In this document: positions 54,232 through 64,000 of the stretch, one piece after another
Layout: every line of letters begins with the position of its first letter
How positions within the stretch are numbered: position 1 is the first letter of the stretch
NCBI GenBank assembly: GCA_963823665.1
Contig: CAWGMQ010000005.1
Coordinates: 576,001-640,000, forward strand
Length of the DNA: 64,000 nt
Direction of reading: 5' to 3'
DNA from: an uncultured Planctomycetota bacterium
GTDB taxonomy: Bacteria; Planctomycetota; Planctomycetia; Isosphaerales; Isosphaeraceae
Translations under genes and position numbers: made by a program
The notes under the pieces: model-generated
Seen by the model: only the letters and a program-made list of their open reading frames with translations
The model's database searches: none
Told to the model about the DNA's origin: nothing

Positions 54232-55572
54232 ATGATCACTACACTCGCCCGTTGTGGTTCCGTTCACTCGTTCCATCGCGTCGTCGTCATCTTCGCAATC
54301 GCGGCGATCGCCCCGACGCTTCCGGCGTCCGCCGAGACCCCCGAAACCGTCTCCGTGCGCGACTTCGGTGCCAAGGGCGACGGCCGCACCGACGATACTG
54401 CCGCGTTCCAGAAGGCCCTCGATGCGCAAGCCAAAGGCGGCGGCACCGTGCAGGCCGGCCGCGGCACGTTTTACTTCGCCGGTCACTTGAACGTACCCCG
54501 AGGCGTGACGCTCGAAGGCATCTGGAAATCCGTCCCGTCGCATACCGGCATTCGAGACCGCGGCGGTGTGAAACCCACCGCCGACGGCACCACGTTTCTC
54601 GTTACCGAAAACCGCGGCTCCGAGGCCGGCCCGCCATTCATCACCCTCCACGAGAACAGCACGCTCAAGGGCGTCGTGCTTTATTACCCCGACCAGAAGA
54701 CCGACGAGCCCCCGGCTCCCTATCCGTACGCGATTGCCCTGCGCGACAACAACCCGGCTGTTCTCCAGGTCGAGCTCTTGAACCCCTATAACGGCATCGA
54801 CGCCACCGGAAACAACCGCCATTTGATCCGCGACGTTTCAGGCCAGCCGTTGCGCCGTGGAATCTACGTCGACGGCATCTACGATATCGGCCGCATCGAG
54901 AATGTCCATTTCAACCCGTGGTGGAGCATGAGCCCCAGGCTCTTGAACTGGCAGATGGAAAACGGTGAAGCGTTCGTTTTCGGCCGAACCGATTGGCAAT
55001 ATGTTTTCAACACGTTTTGTTTCGGCTATCGTGTTGGATATCGCTTCATCGAGACGCGCAACGGGATGTGCAACGGAAACTTCCTGGGGCTGGGAGCCGA
55101 CGATTGCTACACGGCCGTGGTGGTCGATGGGAGCCCGCGGTTCGGCATCTTGATCACCAATGGCGAGTTCGTTTCCTTTCACGGCCCTGACCCGACGATG
55201 GTTGCGGTCAGTCAATCGAATTCCGGCTCGGTGCGGTTCGTGAATTGTGCGTTCTGGGGCCCATGCAATCAAATCGCGCGCATCGCCGGGCGAGGTACTG
55301 TCGGCTTCAGCGATTGCACCTTCATGCAATGGGATGGGAAGCACGAGGGAAGAGCCGCTCTGCAAGTGCAAAGCGGCAGCGTGGTCGTGCGCGGTTGTGA
55401 ATTCCAGGAAGCCAAGGCCCATATCGAGCTTGGCGAAAACGTTCGCCGGGCGATCGTAAGCGAGAATCTCTTTCAGGGCGCAGAGCAAATCAAGAACAAC
55501 AGCAAAGGCAGCGTAAAGATCTCCGACAACGCGGCGGACCCTAACCCGGTAAGAACCAGACGGCCGCAGTGA
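54232..55572 (+). CDS. Secreted pectate-lyase-3/GH28-related beta-helix protein
   Basis: Signal peptide; SVRDFGAKGDGRTDDTAAFQKALD. Confidence 0.8.
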   Translation: MITTLARCGSVHSFHRVVVIFAIAAIAPTLPASAETPETVSVRDFGAKGDGRTDDTAAFQKALDAQAKGGGTVQAGRGTFYFAGHLNVPRGVTLEGIWKSVPSHTGIRDRGGVKPTADGTTFLVTENRGSEAGPPFITLHENSTLKGVVLYYPDQKTDEPPAPYPYAIALRDNNPAVLQVELLNPYNGIDATGNNRHLIRDVSGQPLRRGIYVDGIYDIGRIENVHFNPWWSMSPRLLNWQMENGEAFVFGRTDWQYVFNTFCFGYRVGYRFIETRNGMCNGNFLGLGADDCYTAVVVDGSPRFGILITNGEFVSFHGPDPTMVAVSQSNSGSVRFVNCAFWGPCNQIARIAGRGTVGFSDCTFMQWDGKHEGRAALQVQSGSVVVRGCEFQEAKAHIELGENVRRAIVSENLFQGAEQIKNNSKGSVKISDNAADPNPVRTRRPQ

Positions 55573-55620
55573 ATCATCCCTCATCCGCGGTATCCGCATC
55601 GAATACGGACACAGCCACGA

Positions 55621-56325
55621 ATGACGCAAACCAATAGCGCCCGCATCATCGACCTCTCCCACGCGCTCGACCCATCCACTCCGCCCTGGCCGGGCAATCC
55701 CGCCGTGGCAGTCCAGGTCGTCTCCAAGATCCCGCCCCATCGCGGTCCGCGCGACCGCGGCTCCCCGGGCGAGGCCATTTCTTGCAACACCACGGCCTTC
55801 CTCACCTGCAACCACACCGGCACGCACATGGATGCCCCCGCGCACTTCTACAATGGCGTGCCGACTATCGAACTGGTGCCCCTGGAAAAGTGCATCGGGC
55901 CGGCCGCCTTGATCGACGTACGCCAGGTTCCGCCGGGCGGCGAAATCACGCCTGCGTTTCTCATCCCCCTTGAAGAATCGATCAAGGCCACCGGCAAGGT
56001 GGTTTTCTGGACGGGCTGGTCCAGCCGCTGGGGTGCTCAGAACTACTTCGATGATTACCCGGTCATGAGCGAAGCATCCGCAGTCTGGCTCGTCGACCGG
56101 GGAGTGCACCTCGTGGCGCTCGACACTCCGTCGCCCGACCGCGATCCACATCCCGTCCATTATGTCTTGCTCGGCGCGAACGTCGTGATCGTCGAGAACC
56201 TGACCGGCCTCGAACGCATCGGCCGAGATGTGTTCGACCTGATCGTCGTCCCCCTGCCGCTGCGAGGGCTCGAGGCATCGCCGGTTCGCGCCGTCGCCGT
56301 GATGCCCGGCCGCGATTCCGGCTGA
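55621..56325 (+). CDS. Cyclase/kynurenine formamidase family
   Basis: DLSH, HTGTHMDAPAHF, DTPSPD, IVENL, ASPVRAVA. Confidence 0.92.
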   Translation: MTQTNSARIIDLSHALDPSTPPWPGNPAVAVQVVSKIPPHRGPRDRGSPGEAISCNTTAFLTCNHTGTHMDAPAHFYNGVPTIELVPLEKCIGPAALIDVRQVPPGGEITPAFLIPLEESIKATGKVVFWTGWSSRWGAQNYFDDYPVMSEASAVWLVDRGVHLVALDTPSPDRDPHPVHYVLLGANVVIVENLTGLERIGRDVFDLIVVPLPLRGLEASPVRAVAVMPGRDSG

Positions 56326-56355
56326 ATCACGGCGCCCCCGCCGCAAACCCGCTCC

Positions 56356-56384
56356 TTTACACCATTCCGGCCGTCTGATACGCT
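56356..56384 (+). promoter_or_regulatory. Sigma70-type promoter of the WXG100-like/FtsK operon
   Basis: TTTACA-17 nt-TACGCT with an extended -10 TG, about 70 nt before ATG 56454. Confidence 0.55.
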
Positions 56385-56453
56385 CGCAAATGGACCATGT
56401 CCCGGCCCGTCAGAGCGACTGCCGGCGCCTGTCTGACCTCGCGGGCATAACAC

Positions 56454-57158
56454 ATGAGCTCACAAGTCTCGGTCCGCTCGATTGACTCTCTCAAGGAACT
56501 ACGCGTCGCGCTGGCCTTGTACGGCGAAGACACGCTCGGGGCCCTCGGGGCCGTGGAAGCCGAGGTTCGCCGCACGGTGAGGTGGCTTCAGGAAGTGCAG
56601 CCGGTCTACTGGCAAGACCAGATCAAGCGCCGCCGCGAGAAGGTCTCGATGGCCCGTGCCGAGGTATTCAAGAAGAACTTGCAGAAACGCGCCGATTACA
56701 GCCCGCCGATGTCCGAGCAGAAAGAGAACCTGCGCAAGGCCGAGGCCAGTCTCCAGGATGCAGAAAAACGCTACGCGGCCGTCAAGAAGTGGCAGCCCCT
56801 GTTCAAGCAAGCCGTCCTCGAATATCACGGCAGCGTCCAGCGACTCAAGGATCTTTCGGCGGGTGATGTTCCGCGCGCCGTGAACCTGCTCAGCCGGATG
56901 ATCGACTCGCTCGAATCCTATCTCCGGGTGACGGCGCCTTCAGGCCTCGAAACTCTCCCGTCGTCCGGCTCCGGCGCCGGGACATCGATGGCGATTCCGA
57001 CTGCCCAGGTCGATACGGTCGCGGTGCAGGCCCTCGATGAAGCCGAGGCCGCCGCCGCGCTCGAGGCCAAGGCCAAGGCCTCAGATCAGTCGGCTGCCGG
57101 CGCCGCCGCCGCCGTAGAGCCCGCGTCGCCTTCAAACGACGAGGCCGTCGATGCCTGA
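56454..57158 (+). CDS. Helical/coiled-coil hypothetical protein with an Ala/Ser-rich tail
   Basis: 234-aa ORF; amphipathic helices; 8-nt overlap with the next gene. Confidence 0.8.
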   Translation: MSSQVSVRSIDSLKELRVALALYGEDTLGALGAVEAEVRRTVRWLQEVQPVYWQDQIKRRREKVSMARAEVFKKNLQKRADYSPPMSEQKENLRKAEASLQDAEKRYAAVKKWQPLFKQAVLEYHGSVQRLKDLSAGDVPRAVNLLSRMIDSLESYLRVTAPSGLETLPSSGSGAGTSMAIPTAQVDTVAVQALDEAEAAAALEAKAKASDQSAAGAAAAVEPASPSNDEAVDA

Positions 57159-57390
57159 CGCAAAAATCCTCGCGGGCGCGACCCGTCTGAAGCAGACCAC
57201 ACGCGTCCTGCGGGACTTGTGGCTCTCGACCGAGGCAGGCTGGGGCGACGCCGTTCGCCAGCGCTTTGAGGAACGCTACCTCGCGCCCATCGACCCGGCT
57301 GTCGATTCCGCAATCAACGGCCTGCAGGCGATGGCCGAAATACTCGAACGAGTTCGACGCGATTGTTCCGATCGGAGTGAGATATTGTGA
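57151..57390 (+). CDS. WXG100/ESAT-6-like small protein
   Basis: 79 aa, two helices around a central W-G-D (LWLSTEAGWGDAVRQRFEERYL); no signal peptide. Confidence 0.7.
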   Translation: MPDAKILAGATRLKQTTRVLRDLWLSTEAGWGDAVRQRFEERYLAPIDPAVDSAINGLQAMAEILERVRRDCSDRSEIL

Positions 57391-60300
57391 CGACCTCGAC
57401 CACCGGCTTGCGCCCCCTGCCCTATCCCAGCACCGGCCCGAGCACGATGGGACACTCCGAGCCGGAAGTTCTCAAGCGCGAGCGAGCGGTCCTGCGGAAC
57501 GTGCTTGATCTGGTATCCCAGCGCGCCCAGGTCGAGGCGGAGGTTCACCTCGCTCGCACGTCGGGCGATCAGACCGCCGACTCGGAGTACGCGAAGGCAC
57601 GCCAGGCGCTGGCCGAGAAGCTCGAGAGGCTTGAGCGCGAGGCAGTCGCGGAGGACGAGAAGCAAAGGCGCGCGATCGTCACCGCGGGGATTGAGGGCGA
57701 GAACAAGTCCAAGGCCGAATTCGCCGCCGGCAGCCGCAAGATCGCCACGCTCTTCGACTCCGCGCGCGAAACCGTCAAAAGCGACTACGCAGCCGCCAAG
57801 TCCGATGCCGCCGCCACTCATGATTCGGCTCAGAAGAAGGCGGCCAGGCATAACGCCGAGAAGAGCAAGCCGATCGAGGATAGCGCGGGCATGGCTGACT
57901 CCGTCCGCAACCGTCTGGCCGTTCTCGCTGCCGAGTACAAGAAGTTCAAGCTCGATCCCGACCCGCCGTCGGCCGTGAGCGAGTCGTACGACAGGTTCGC
58001 TGATCCGGGCGACGAGCTCTTCACCCGGCTGGCGCGCATGGACCAGCCGCTCCGTCTTCTCGAGGGCCTGATCATTCCCAAGTCGATGAAAGGCGGTCGA
58101 GAATCCTGGGTCTTCATCTTGCTAATCTCGCTCTTTGCTGGTGCGGGCATGCTGCTCTTGGGCGACGTCACCGGCCTGGGTGTCGGTGTCGTCCTGGGTG
58201 GAGTTCTCGCGTTCTTGCTTCGCACGTGGCTCGTCAAGCTCTGCCACACCCAGCTCGAACGACTGTACACGCCGCTCACGCAATCACTGGCCGATGCCGA
58301 TGCGCTCACCGCTTTCTGCCGCGTCAAGGTCAGCAACGAGCTCAGGGAAGAACGCAAGAAAATCGCCCTCCGCCGGGAGGAAGACCTCAAACGCGCCGAC
58401 GACAACTACCGCAAGGCCTTCGCCGCCGCCGAAAGTGCGCGCGATGAAAAACTCCGCATGATCAATGAAAAGTACGCCAACCGGATGGTTGAAGTGCAGA
58501 CCACTCGCGAGCGAGAGCTGCGCAGCGCCATCGACGCCCATGACCGCCGCATGGCCGAGCTCAAATCGATGGCCGCGACCGGCTACCCCAAGCTCGAAGA
58601 GAGATTTAAGGCATACACGCAGCGGGTCCGCTCTGAACACGAGTCGGCGTGGAGTGCGCTCGCCGCGCGCTGGCGCGACGGCTTGAACCAGGCCGCGGCC
58701 GACTTGGCCGCGGTGGGTCGCGAGGTCGACGCCTTCTGCCCCGAATGGCACGACCAGGTCTGGCTGTCGCGGGCGCTGCCGAAACTGGTCCCCCCTGTGG
58801 TTCGCTTCGGCACGGTTCCCCTTGACCTTGCCACGCTGCCCGGCGGTGTTTCGAAATTCGCCGACTTGATGGAAGGCGTGCCCACGTCGTTCAACTTTCC
58901 CGCTCTGCGGCCCTTCCCGGCCAGTGCCAACCTCCTGATCGAGACACCCGCTGAGGCTCGCGGTGCCGCGCTCGAGGTTCTTCAGGCATCGATGTTCTCA
59001 TTGCTGGCCAGCCTGCCGCCGGGGCACGTTCGCTTCACGATCATCGACCCCATCGGCATCGGCCGCAACTTCGGCGCGTTCATGCATCTGGCTGACTATG
59101 ACGGTGCGCTCGTGACCACGCAGGTCTGGACCGACCCCCGCCAGATCGAGGAGCGGCTCGCCGACCTGGCTGCGCACATGGAAACCGTCACCCAGAAATA
59201 CCTCCGCAACGAGTATGCCACGATCGAAGAATACAACGCGGTCGCCGAGGAAGTCGCCGAGCCGTACCGCGTGCTCGTCGTCGCGGACTTTCCCACCAAG
59301 TTCGACGAGAAGTCGGCAGCCCGCCTGGCCGCAATCGCATCGGGAGGGGTTCCGTGCGGCGTCCTGACGCTGGTCGCCGCCGACACGTCCAAGCCCCTTC
59401 CCCTCGGATTCAGTCTCGATGAGCTCCGCCCGTCGTGTGCCCACCTCATCTGGGATGCTGCGAGCACTCGGCTGGTCTGGGACGACCCACATTTCGGCAC
59501 GTACCCCCTTGCGCTCCTCGGGCCTCCGCTCGCCGAGTTCGCCACGGCCGAAATCCAGAAAATCGGCTCGGCCGCCAGGGATGCCAAGCGGGTCGAGGTG
59601 CCCTTCGATTTCATCAGCCCGTCCGACCATCGGTACTGGACCCGAGACAGCCGCGGCGGGATCGACGTTCCGCTCGGCAAGGCCGGCGCCACCAAGCGCC
59701 AGCACTTCACGCTCGGTCATGGAACATCCCAGCATGTGCTGATCGCCGGGCGCACCGGCTCGGGCAAGTCGACGCTCATGCATGCCCTGATCGTCAACCT
59801 CGCCTTGAATTACAGCCCCGACGAGATCGACCTCTATCTGATTGACTTCAAGAAAGGGGTCGAGTTCAAGGTTTATGCTACCTACGAATTCCCCCACTCG
59901 AGCGTCGTCGCGATCGAGAGCGAGCGCGAATTCGGCATCAGCGTGCTCGAGCGGCTGGATGCCGAGCTCCGCCTGAGAGCCGACCGGTTCCGCGACGCCG
60001 GCGTGCAAGACGTAGCCGGCTACCGCAACACCCCCGGTACGCCCCCGCTGCCGCGCATCCTCTTGATCGTCGACGAATTCCAGGAGTTCTTCAGCGAGGA
60101 AGACAAGCTCGCCCAGGAAGCCGCACTGTGGCTCGATCGCCTGGTGCGCCAGGGCCGAGCCTTCGGCATCCACATCATCCTCGGCTCCCAGAGCCTGGGC
60201 GGCGCGTTCACGCTTGCCCGTAGCACCCTGGGCCAGATGGCAGTGCGCATCGCACTCCAGTGCAGTGAGAACGATGCTCACTTGATCTTGAGCGAAAACA

Positions 60301-61385
60301 ACATCGCCCCCCGTATGCTCTCGCGCCCCGGCGAAGCCATTTACAACGATGCCAACGGCGCTCCCGAGGGCAACCACTTCTTCCAGGTTGTCTGGCTTTC
60401 GGAGGAGCGCCGCGAAGCGCATCTGAAAGAGTTGCTGGAGATGGCGCGAGCGCAAAAGCCTGTGCTTGCTCGCTCGCCGATCGTGTTCGAAGGAGACGCC
60501 CCCGCGGTGCTGGCGCGCAACCAACTGCTCCAGGCCCGGCTTCAGAGCCCAGCGTGGCCCGAATCACCCCGTTCCGCGCAGGCCTGGGTGGGCGAAGCCA
60601 TCTCGATCAAAGACCCGACGCACGCGCTGTTCCGCCGCCAGGGAGCGAACAACCTTCTGATCGTCGGACAGAACGAGGAAGCGGCGCTGGGAGTCTCGGT
60701 TGCGGTCCTGATCAGCCTGGCCGCCCAGTTCTCACCGGCCGCCTCCGATGCGGTTCGCCAGGGAGCTCGTTTCTACATACTCGACGGCACGCCCGAAGAC
60801 AGCCCCAATGCCGGAGTTCTCGCTCGGGTCTGTGCGGCCTTACCACAAACGCCCGAGCTCGGCGGCTGGCGAGAGCTCGGTCAGATACTCACCACGGTGG
60901 CCGCCGAGGTCAAACGCCGCCAGGAGGCCAAGACCGACGGTCCGGAGCTCTTCCTTCTGATCCACGACCTACCGCGCTTCCGCGACTTGAGGCGCCGGGA
61001 GGATGACTTCAGCTTCTCGCGCAAGGACGACGAGGAAGCCACTCCCCCCGACCAGCTCGAGGTGATTCTGCGCGAAGGGCCGGTACTGGGCGTGCACTTG
61101 ATCACCTGGTGCGACACCGTCAACAACCTCAATCGCTTCTTCGCTCACCAGATCCTGCGCGAGTTCGAGATGCGGGTGCTGTTCCAGATGAGCCCGAACG
61201 ACTCCGGCCACATGCTCGACGCCCCCGCCGCCAGCAAGCTGGGCCCGCATCGAGCGCTCTTCCACAGCGAAGAACAAAACCGCCTAGAAAAGTTCCGCCC
61301 GTACGGAATCCCGAGCCCAGAATGGCTCGATTCCCTCGGCAAGCAATTGAGCCAGCGCCCTGCACCGGGCGGGTCGGCCTCATAG
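57387..61385 (+). CDS. Membrane FtsK/SpoIIIE-domain ATPase (EccC/EssC-like)
   Basis: Coiled coils, two TM helices, HVLIAGRTGSGKS (Walker A), LIDFKKG, LLIVDEFQE (Walker B), RQGRAFGIH; degenerate ATPase-like domains on both sides. Confidence 0.92.
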   Translation: MTTSTTGLRPLPYPSTGPSTMGHSEPEVLKRERAVLRNVLDLVSQRAQVEAEVHLARTSGDQTADSEYAKARQALAEKLERLEREAVAEDEKQRRAIVTAGIEGENKSKAEFAAGSRKIATLFDSARETVKSDYAAAKSDAAATHDSAQKKAARHNAEKSKPIEDSAGMADSVRNRLAVLAAEYKKFKLDPDPPSAVSESYDRFADPGDELFTRLARMDQPLRLLEGLIIPKSMKGGRESWVFILLISLFAGAGMLLLGDVTGLGVGVVLGGVLAFLLRTWLVKLCHTQLERLYTPLTQSLADADALTAFCRVKVSNELREERKKIALRREEDLKRADDNYRKAFAAAESARDEKLRMINEKYANRMVEVQTTRERELRSAIDAHDRRMAELKSMAATGYPKLEERFKAYTQRVRSEHESAWSALAARWRDGLNQAAADLAAVGREVDAFCPEWHDQVWLSRALPKLVPPVVRFGTVPLDLATLPGGVSKFADLMEGVPTSFNFPALRPFPASANLLIETPAEARGAALEVLQASMFSLLASLPPGHVRFTIIDPIGIGRNFGAFMHLADYDGALVTTQVWTDPRQIEERLADLAAHMETVTQKYLRNEYATIEEYNAVAEEVAEPYRVLVVADFPTKFDEKSAARLAAIASGGVPCGVLTLVAADTSKPLPLGFSLDELRPSCAHLIWDAASTRLVWDDPHFGTYPLALLGPPLAEFATAEIQKIGSAARDAKRVEVPFDFISPSDHRYWTRDSRGGIDVPLGKAGATKRQHFTLGHGTSQHVLIAGRTGSGKSTLMHALIVNLALNYSPDEIDLYLIDFKKGVEFKVYATYEFPHSSVVAIESEREFGISVLERLDAELRLRADRFRDAGVQDVAGYRNTPGTPPLPRILLIVDEFQEFFSEEDKLAQEAALWLDRLVRQGRAFGIHIILGSQSLGGAFTLARSTLGQMAVRIALQCSENDAHLILSENNIAPRMLSRPGEAIYNDANGAPEGNHFFQVVWLSEERREAHLKELLEMARAQKPVLARSPIVFEGDAPAVLARNQLLQARLQSPAWPESPRSAQAWVGEAISIKDPTHALFRRQGANNLLIVGQNEEAALGVSVAVLISLAAQFSPAASDAVRQGARFYILDGTPEDSPNAGVLARVCAALPQTPELGGWRELGQILTTVAAEVKRRQEAKTDGPELFLLIHDLPRFRDLRRREDDFSFSRKDDEEATPPDQLEVILREGPVLGVHLITWCDTVNNLNRFFAHQILREFEMRVLFQMSPNDSGHMLDAPAASKLGPHRALFHSEEQNRLEKFRPYGIPSPEWLDSLGKQLSQRPAPGGSAS

Positions 61386-61532
61386 TCGATCACTCGCACC
61401 ACCTCGGCAACCGATCATTTCCGAAGCCGCCCCCCTAAGAACGACGCGGTCGAATCGTTATAGTAAGAGGCAACTCTTCCCATCTCGTCCCGGCCTCCCG
61501 GATGAGGCTCGAATCCAATCAGCGAGGCTGCC

Positions 61533-64000
61533 ATGCTTTACGCACGCCTGGTCTTCCTTGGAGTGATCGTCTGTGCAATCATGGCCCTTGGTGTCACCAT
61601 GGCGAAGCGCTCTGAACAACCTTCGGATCGCGAGCGATTCGACAAGCTCTTCGCGGACGGTAATTACAAGGACGCTTACGACGGCTACCGCCGGCTCGCC
61701 CTCGACCCCAAGACCGAGCCCGACCGCGTCGGCACCGACTTGAAGCAGGCGCTTCAGTGCCTGAATTCCTTGGGCAGGACCGTTGAAAAGGATGAATTCC
61801 TGGAAGCCGTTGTCGCCGCGCACCCGGCGAACTGGCGGCTGCTCCAGGCGGCCGCCGAAAGCTACTTGTTGGGGAACGACCACTGGGGCGCAATCGTCGC
61901 CGGAAAGTTCCGCCGCGGCGAGCGGGCGAACGGCCAGACGGCCGGCGCGTACGAGCGCGATCGTGCCCGCGCTATTCAGCTTCTGATTTCCGGAATCGAC
62001 CGCGCCCGCACTGATCCCGATCGCCGTGCGGTGGGCCATTACTTCCATTTCCTCTCCCAGGTCTTCATGGCGAACCGCGCAGATCGAGTCGTGGCGGCTC
62101 CAGAGCCTGACGTCAGTCGATCTGCTGCCCGATTATGACAGCAATCCGTCCTGGTTCTATGGTGCAACGGGCTCCGGCGCACCCATCGAGCCTGATGGCT
62201 CTCCCGTTTATTATCGCGTGCCGGAAAGCCTCGCAAAAGCCAGCAACGACGGTCAGCGCTGGCGCTGGGCACTCGTGCAGGCCACGGAAGCCGACCCAGG
62301 CCTGCTCGACACCACGCGCTCGGATCTGGCCGCATTCCTGCTCGAGCAGTTCGGCACCCAGACGATCATCGGCCATGACATGCCGCCCTCTTCCGATGGT
62401 GGTGACGCCGAAGCCACCGGCCCTTACGCTCTGGATACACTCAAAGACGACGAGACGATTGCCTGGCTGGCTTCCGGAATCAAGCGGTTCAAGCTTCCCG
62501 ACGAATTCAATCCCATCAAGATCTACCAGGCAATCTTCGACGACCGCAAGACCGGACAGGGAGAGGTCGCTCTTGACTCACTCGCGTCGATCCTCGAAAA
62601 CCGCCGGCAATTCGATGCCGCCGCGGATTATCTGAAAACAAGCCGGGATCTCTACGGCGACAAAGACGAAAATAAGAAACATCAGATCGAACAGATCCTC
62701 GGCGCGTGGGGCCAGTTTGACCAGCTCATGACTCTGCCCGCAGGCGGCGGTGCAACCGTCGATTTCCGCTTCCGCAACGGCAAACAGGTTCACTTCGAGG
62801 CGCACGAGATCCTCTTCTCCAAGCTGCTCAAGGACGCCCAGGACTACATCTCATCTGCGCCAAACAACTCGACTGGCAGAAGTTCGATATCAGCGACGTC
62901 GGCTCCCGGTTGGTGATGATGGATCAGAAAGAGTACATAGGACGCTCGGTCGCCCGCTGGGACCTGGACCTCGAGCCGCGCCCCCGCCATTTCGACCGGC
63001 GAATCACCGTCACGACGCCCCTCCAGAAGGCAGGCGCCTATCTCCTGACCGCCACGATGGAGGGAGGCAACGTGAGCCGCATCGTCGTCTGGCTCGACGA
63101 CACCGTGATTCTGAAGAAACCGCTCCGGGACGAGGCTTACTACTTCGTCGCCGACTCGCGAACCGGCCAGGGCGTCGCTGGAGCAAACATCGACTTCTTC
63201 GGATGGCGCCTCGTGCAGGTTCCGGGTAAAAACGAGCAACGCGTCGAAGCCAGGACGCTCGCCCGAAAATCCGACTCGTCCGGTCAGCTCCGCCTCAGGA
63301 CCGCCGACCTGGGTGACCAGTATGGAACTTTCCAGTGGGTCATCACGGCCGCCACCCCGGCGGGCCGCCTGGCCCATCTTGGTTTCTCGAACATCTGGGC
63401 CTATGGCCGCCCCGTTCCCGCCTTTGACCAGGTGAGGGTCTACACCATCACCGACCGCCCCGTCTATCGCCCGGGCGCCCCGGTGCGTTTCAAGTTCTGG
63501 GTCGCGCGCAGCCGCTACGATCAGCCCGAGAAAGCTGACTTCGCCGGCCAGTCATTCAACGTGGAGATCCAGAATCCCAAAGGTGAAAAAGTATTCACAA
63601 AGAACTTCACGGCCGACAATTTCGGAGGCTTCGACGGCTCGTTCGAGCTACCATCCGACGCCGCCCTCGGCGTCTATCAGGTGCACATCCCGAATCGCGG
63701 CGGTGGGTCGTTCCGGGTTGAAGAGTACAAGAAACCCGAGTTCGAGGTCGCCGTGACGGCTCCTGATAAACCGGTGATGCTCGGCGAAAAAGCGGCGGCG
63801 ACCATCAAGGCGAATTATTACTTCGGCGGGCCTGTCGCCCAGGCCAAAGTCAAGTACAAGATCACGCGCACAACGGCCGACGAGCGCTGGTACCCTGCCG
63901 CGGCTTGGGACTGGCTCTTCGGTCCGGGTTACTGGTGGTTTGCGCCTGAATCCGCGTGGTATCCCGGCTGGTCGAGGTGGGGCATGCGCAGACCGGCGGT
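61533..64000 (+). CDS. Bacterial alpha-2-macroglobulin-family (MG2 domain) protein; runs off the window; frameshifts near 62083 and 62866
   Basis: Signal peptide; third-frame YTITDRPVYRPG, FRVEEYKKPEFEV, ANYYFGGPV. Confidence 0.88.

Noticed and set aside
57387..61385. Cell-division DNA translocase ftsK
   Set aside because: No C-terminal gamma domain, extra degenerate ATPase domains and coupling to a WXG100-like gene; gene symbol withheld.

Overview
High-GC bacterial window, most likely a planctomycete (Isosphaeraceae-like). This is inferred from LE-x-R-x-x-L export motifs, ECF sigma/Ser-Thr kinase (STK) pairs and the repeat types. Bases 1-39 kb form an accessory island of paralogous modules: two EmrAB-type HlyD/DHA2-MFS pairs plus an MFS remnant, a TolC-family lipoprotein, three ECF-STK modules (one with a collapsed ECF), two pairs of alpha/beta hydrolases, transketolase, ALDH, an SDR, and a ~2,870-aa secreted beta-helix/MBG-repeat protein. 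Several duplicate genes there have shrunk by internal, often in-frame, deletions. Bases 39-52.8 kb hold HtrA, TetR-fabF, small enzymes, an orphan ECF, two toxin-antitoxin loci whose toxins are truncated, a RAYT-like transposase remnant and REP-like hairpins that all share a C-GGA-G loop. Bases 52.8-64 kb hold a Tat oxidoreductase, a beta-helix glycoside enzyme, a cyclase, the start of an alpha-2-macroglobulin gene, and the best candidate for a poorly characterised system: a translationally coupled operon of a helical protein, a WXG100-like protein and a membrane FtsK/EccC-like ATPase (type VII secretion-like). About 15 otherwise intact genes carry 1-2 nt frameshifts, probably long-read consensus errors. 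No rRNA, tRNA or CRISPR array was seen. All family calls come from motif recognition by eye, not database searches.
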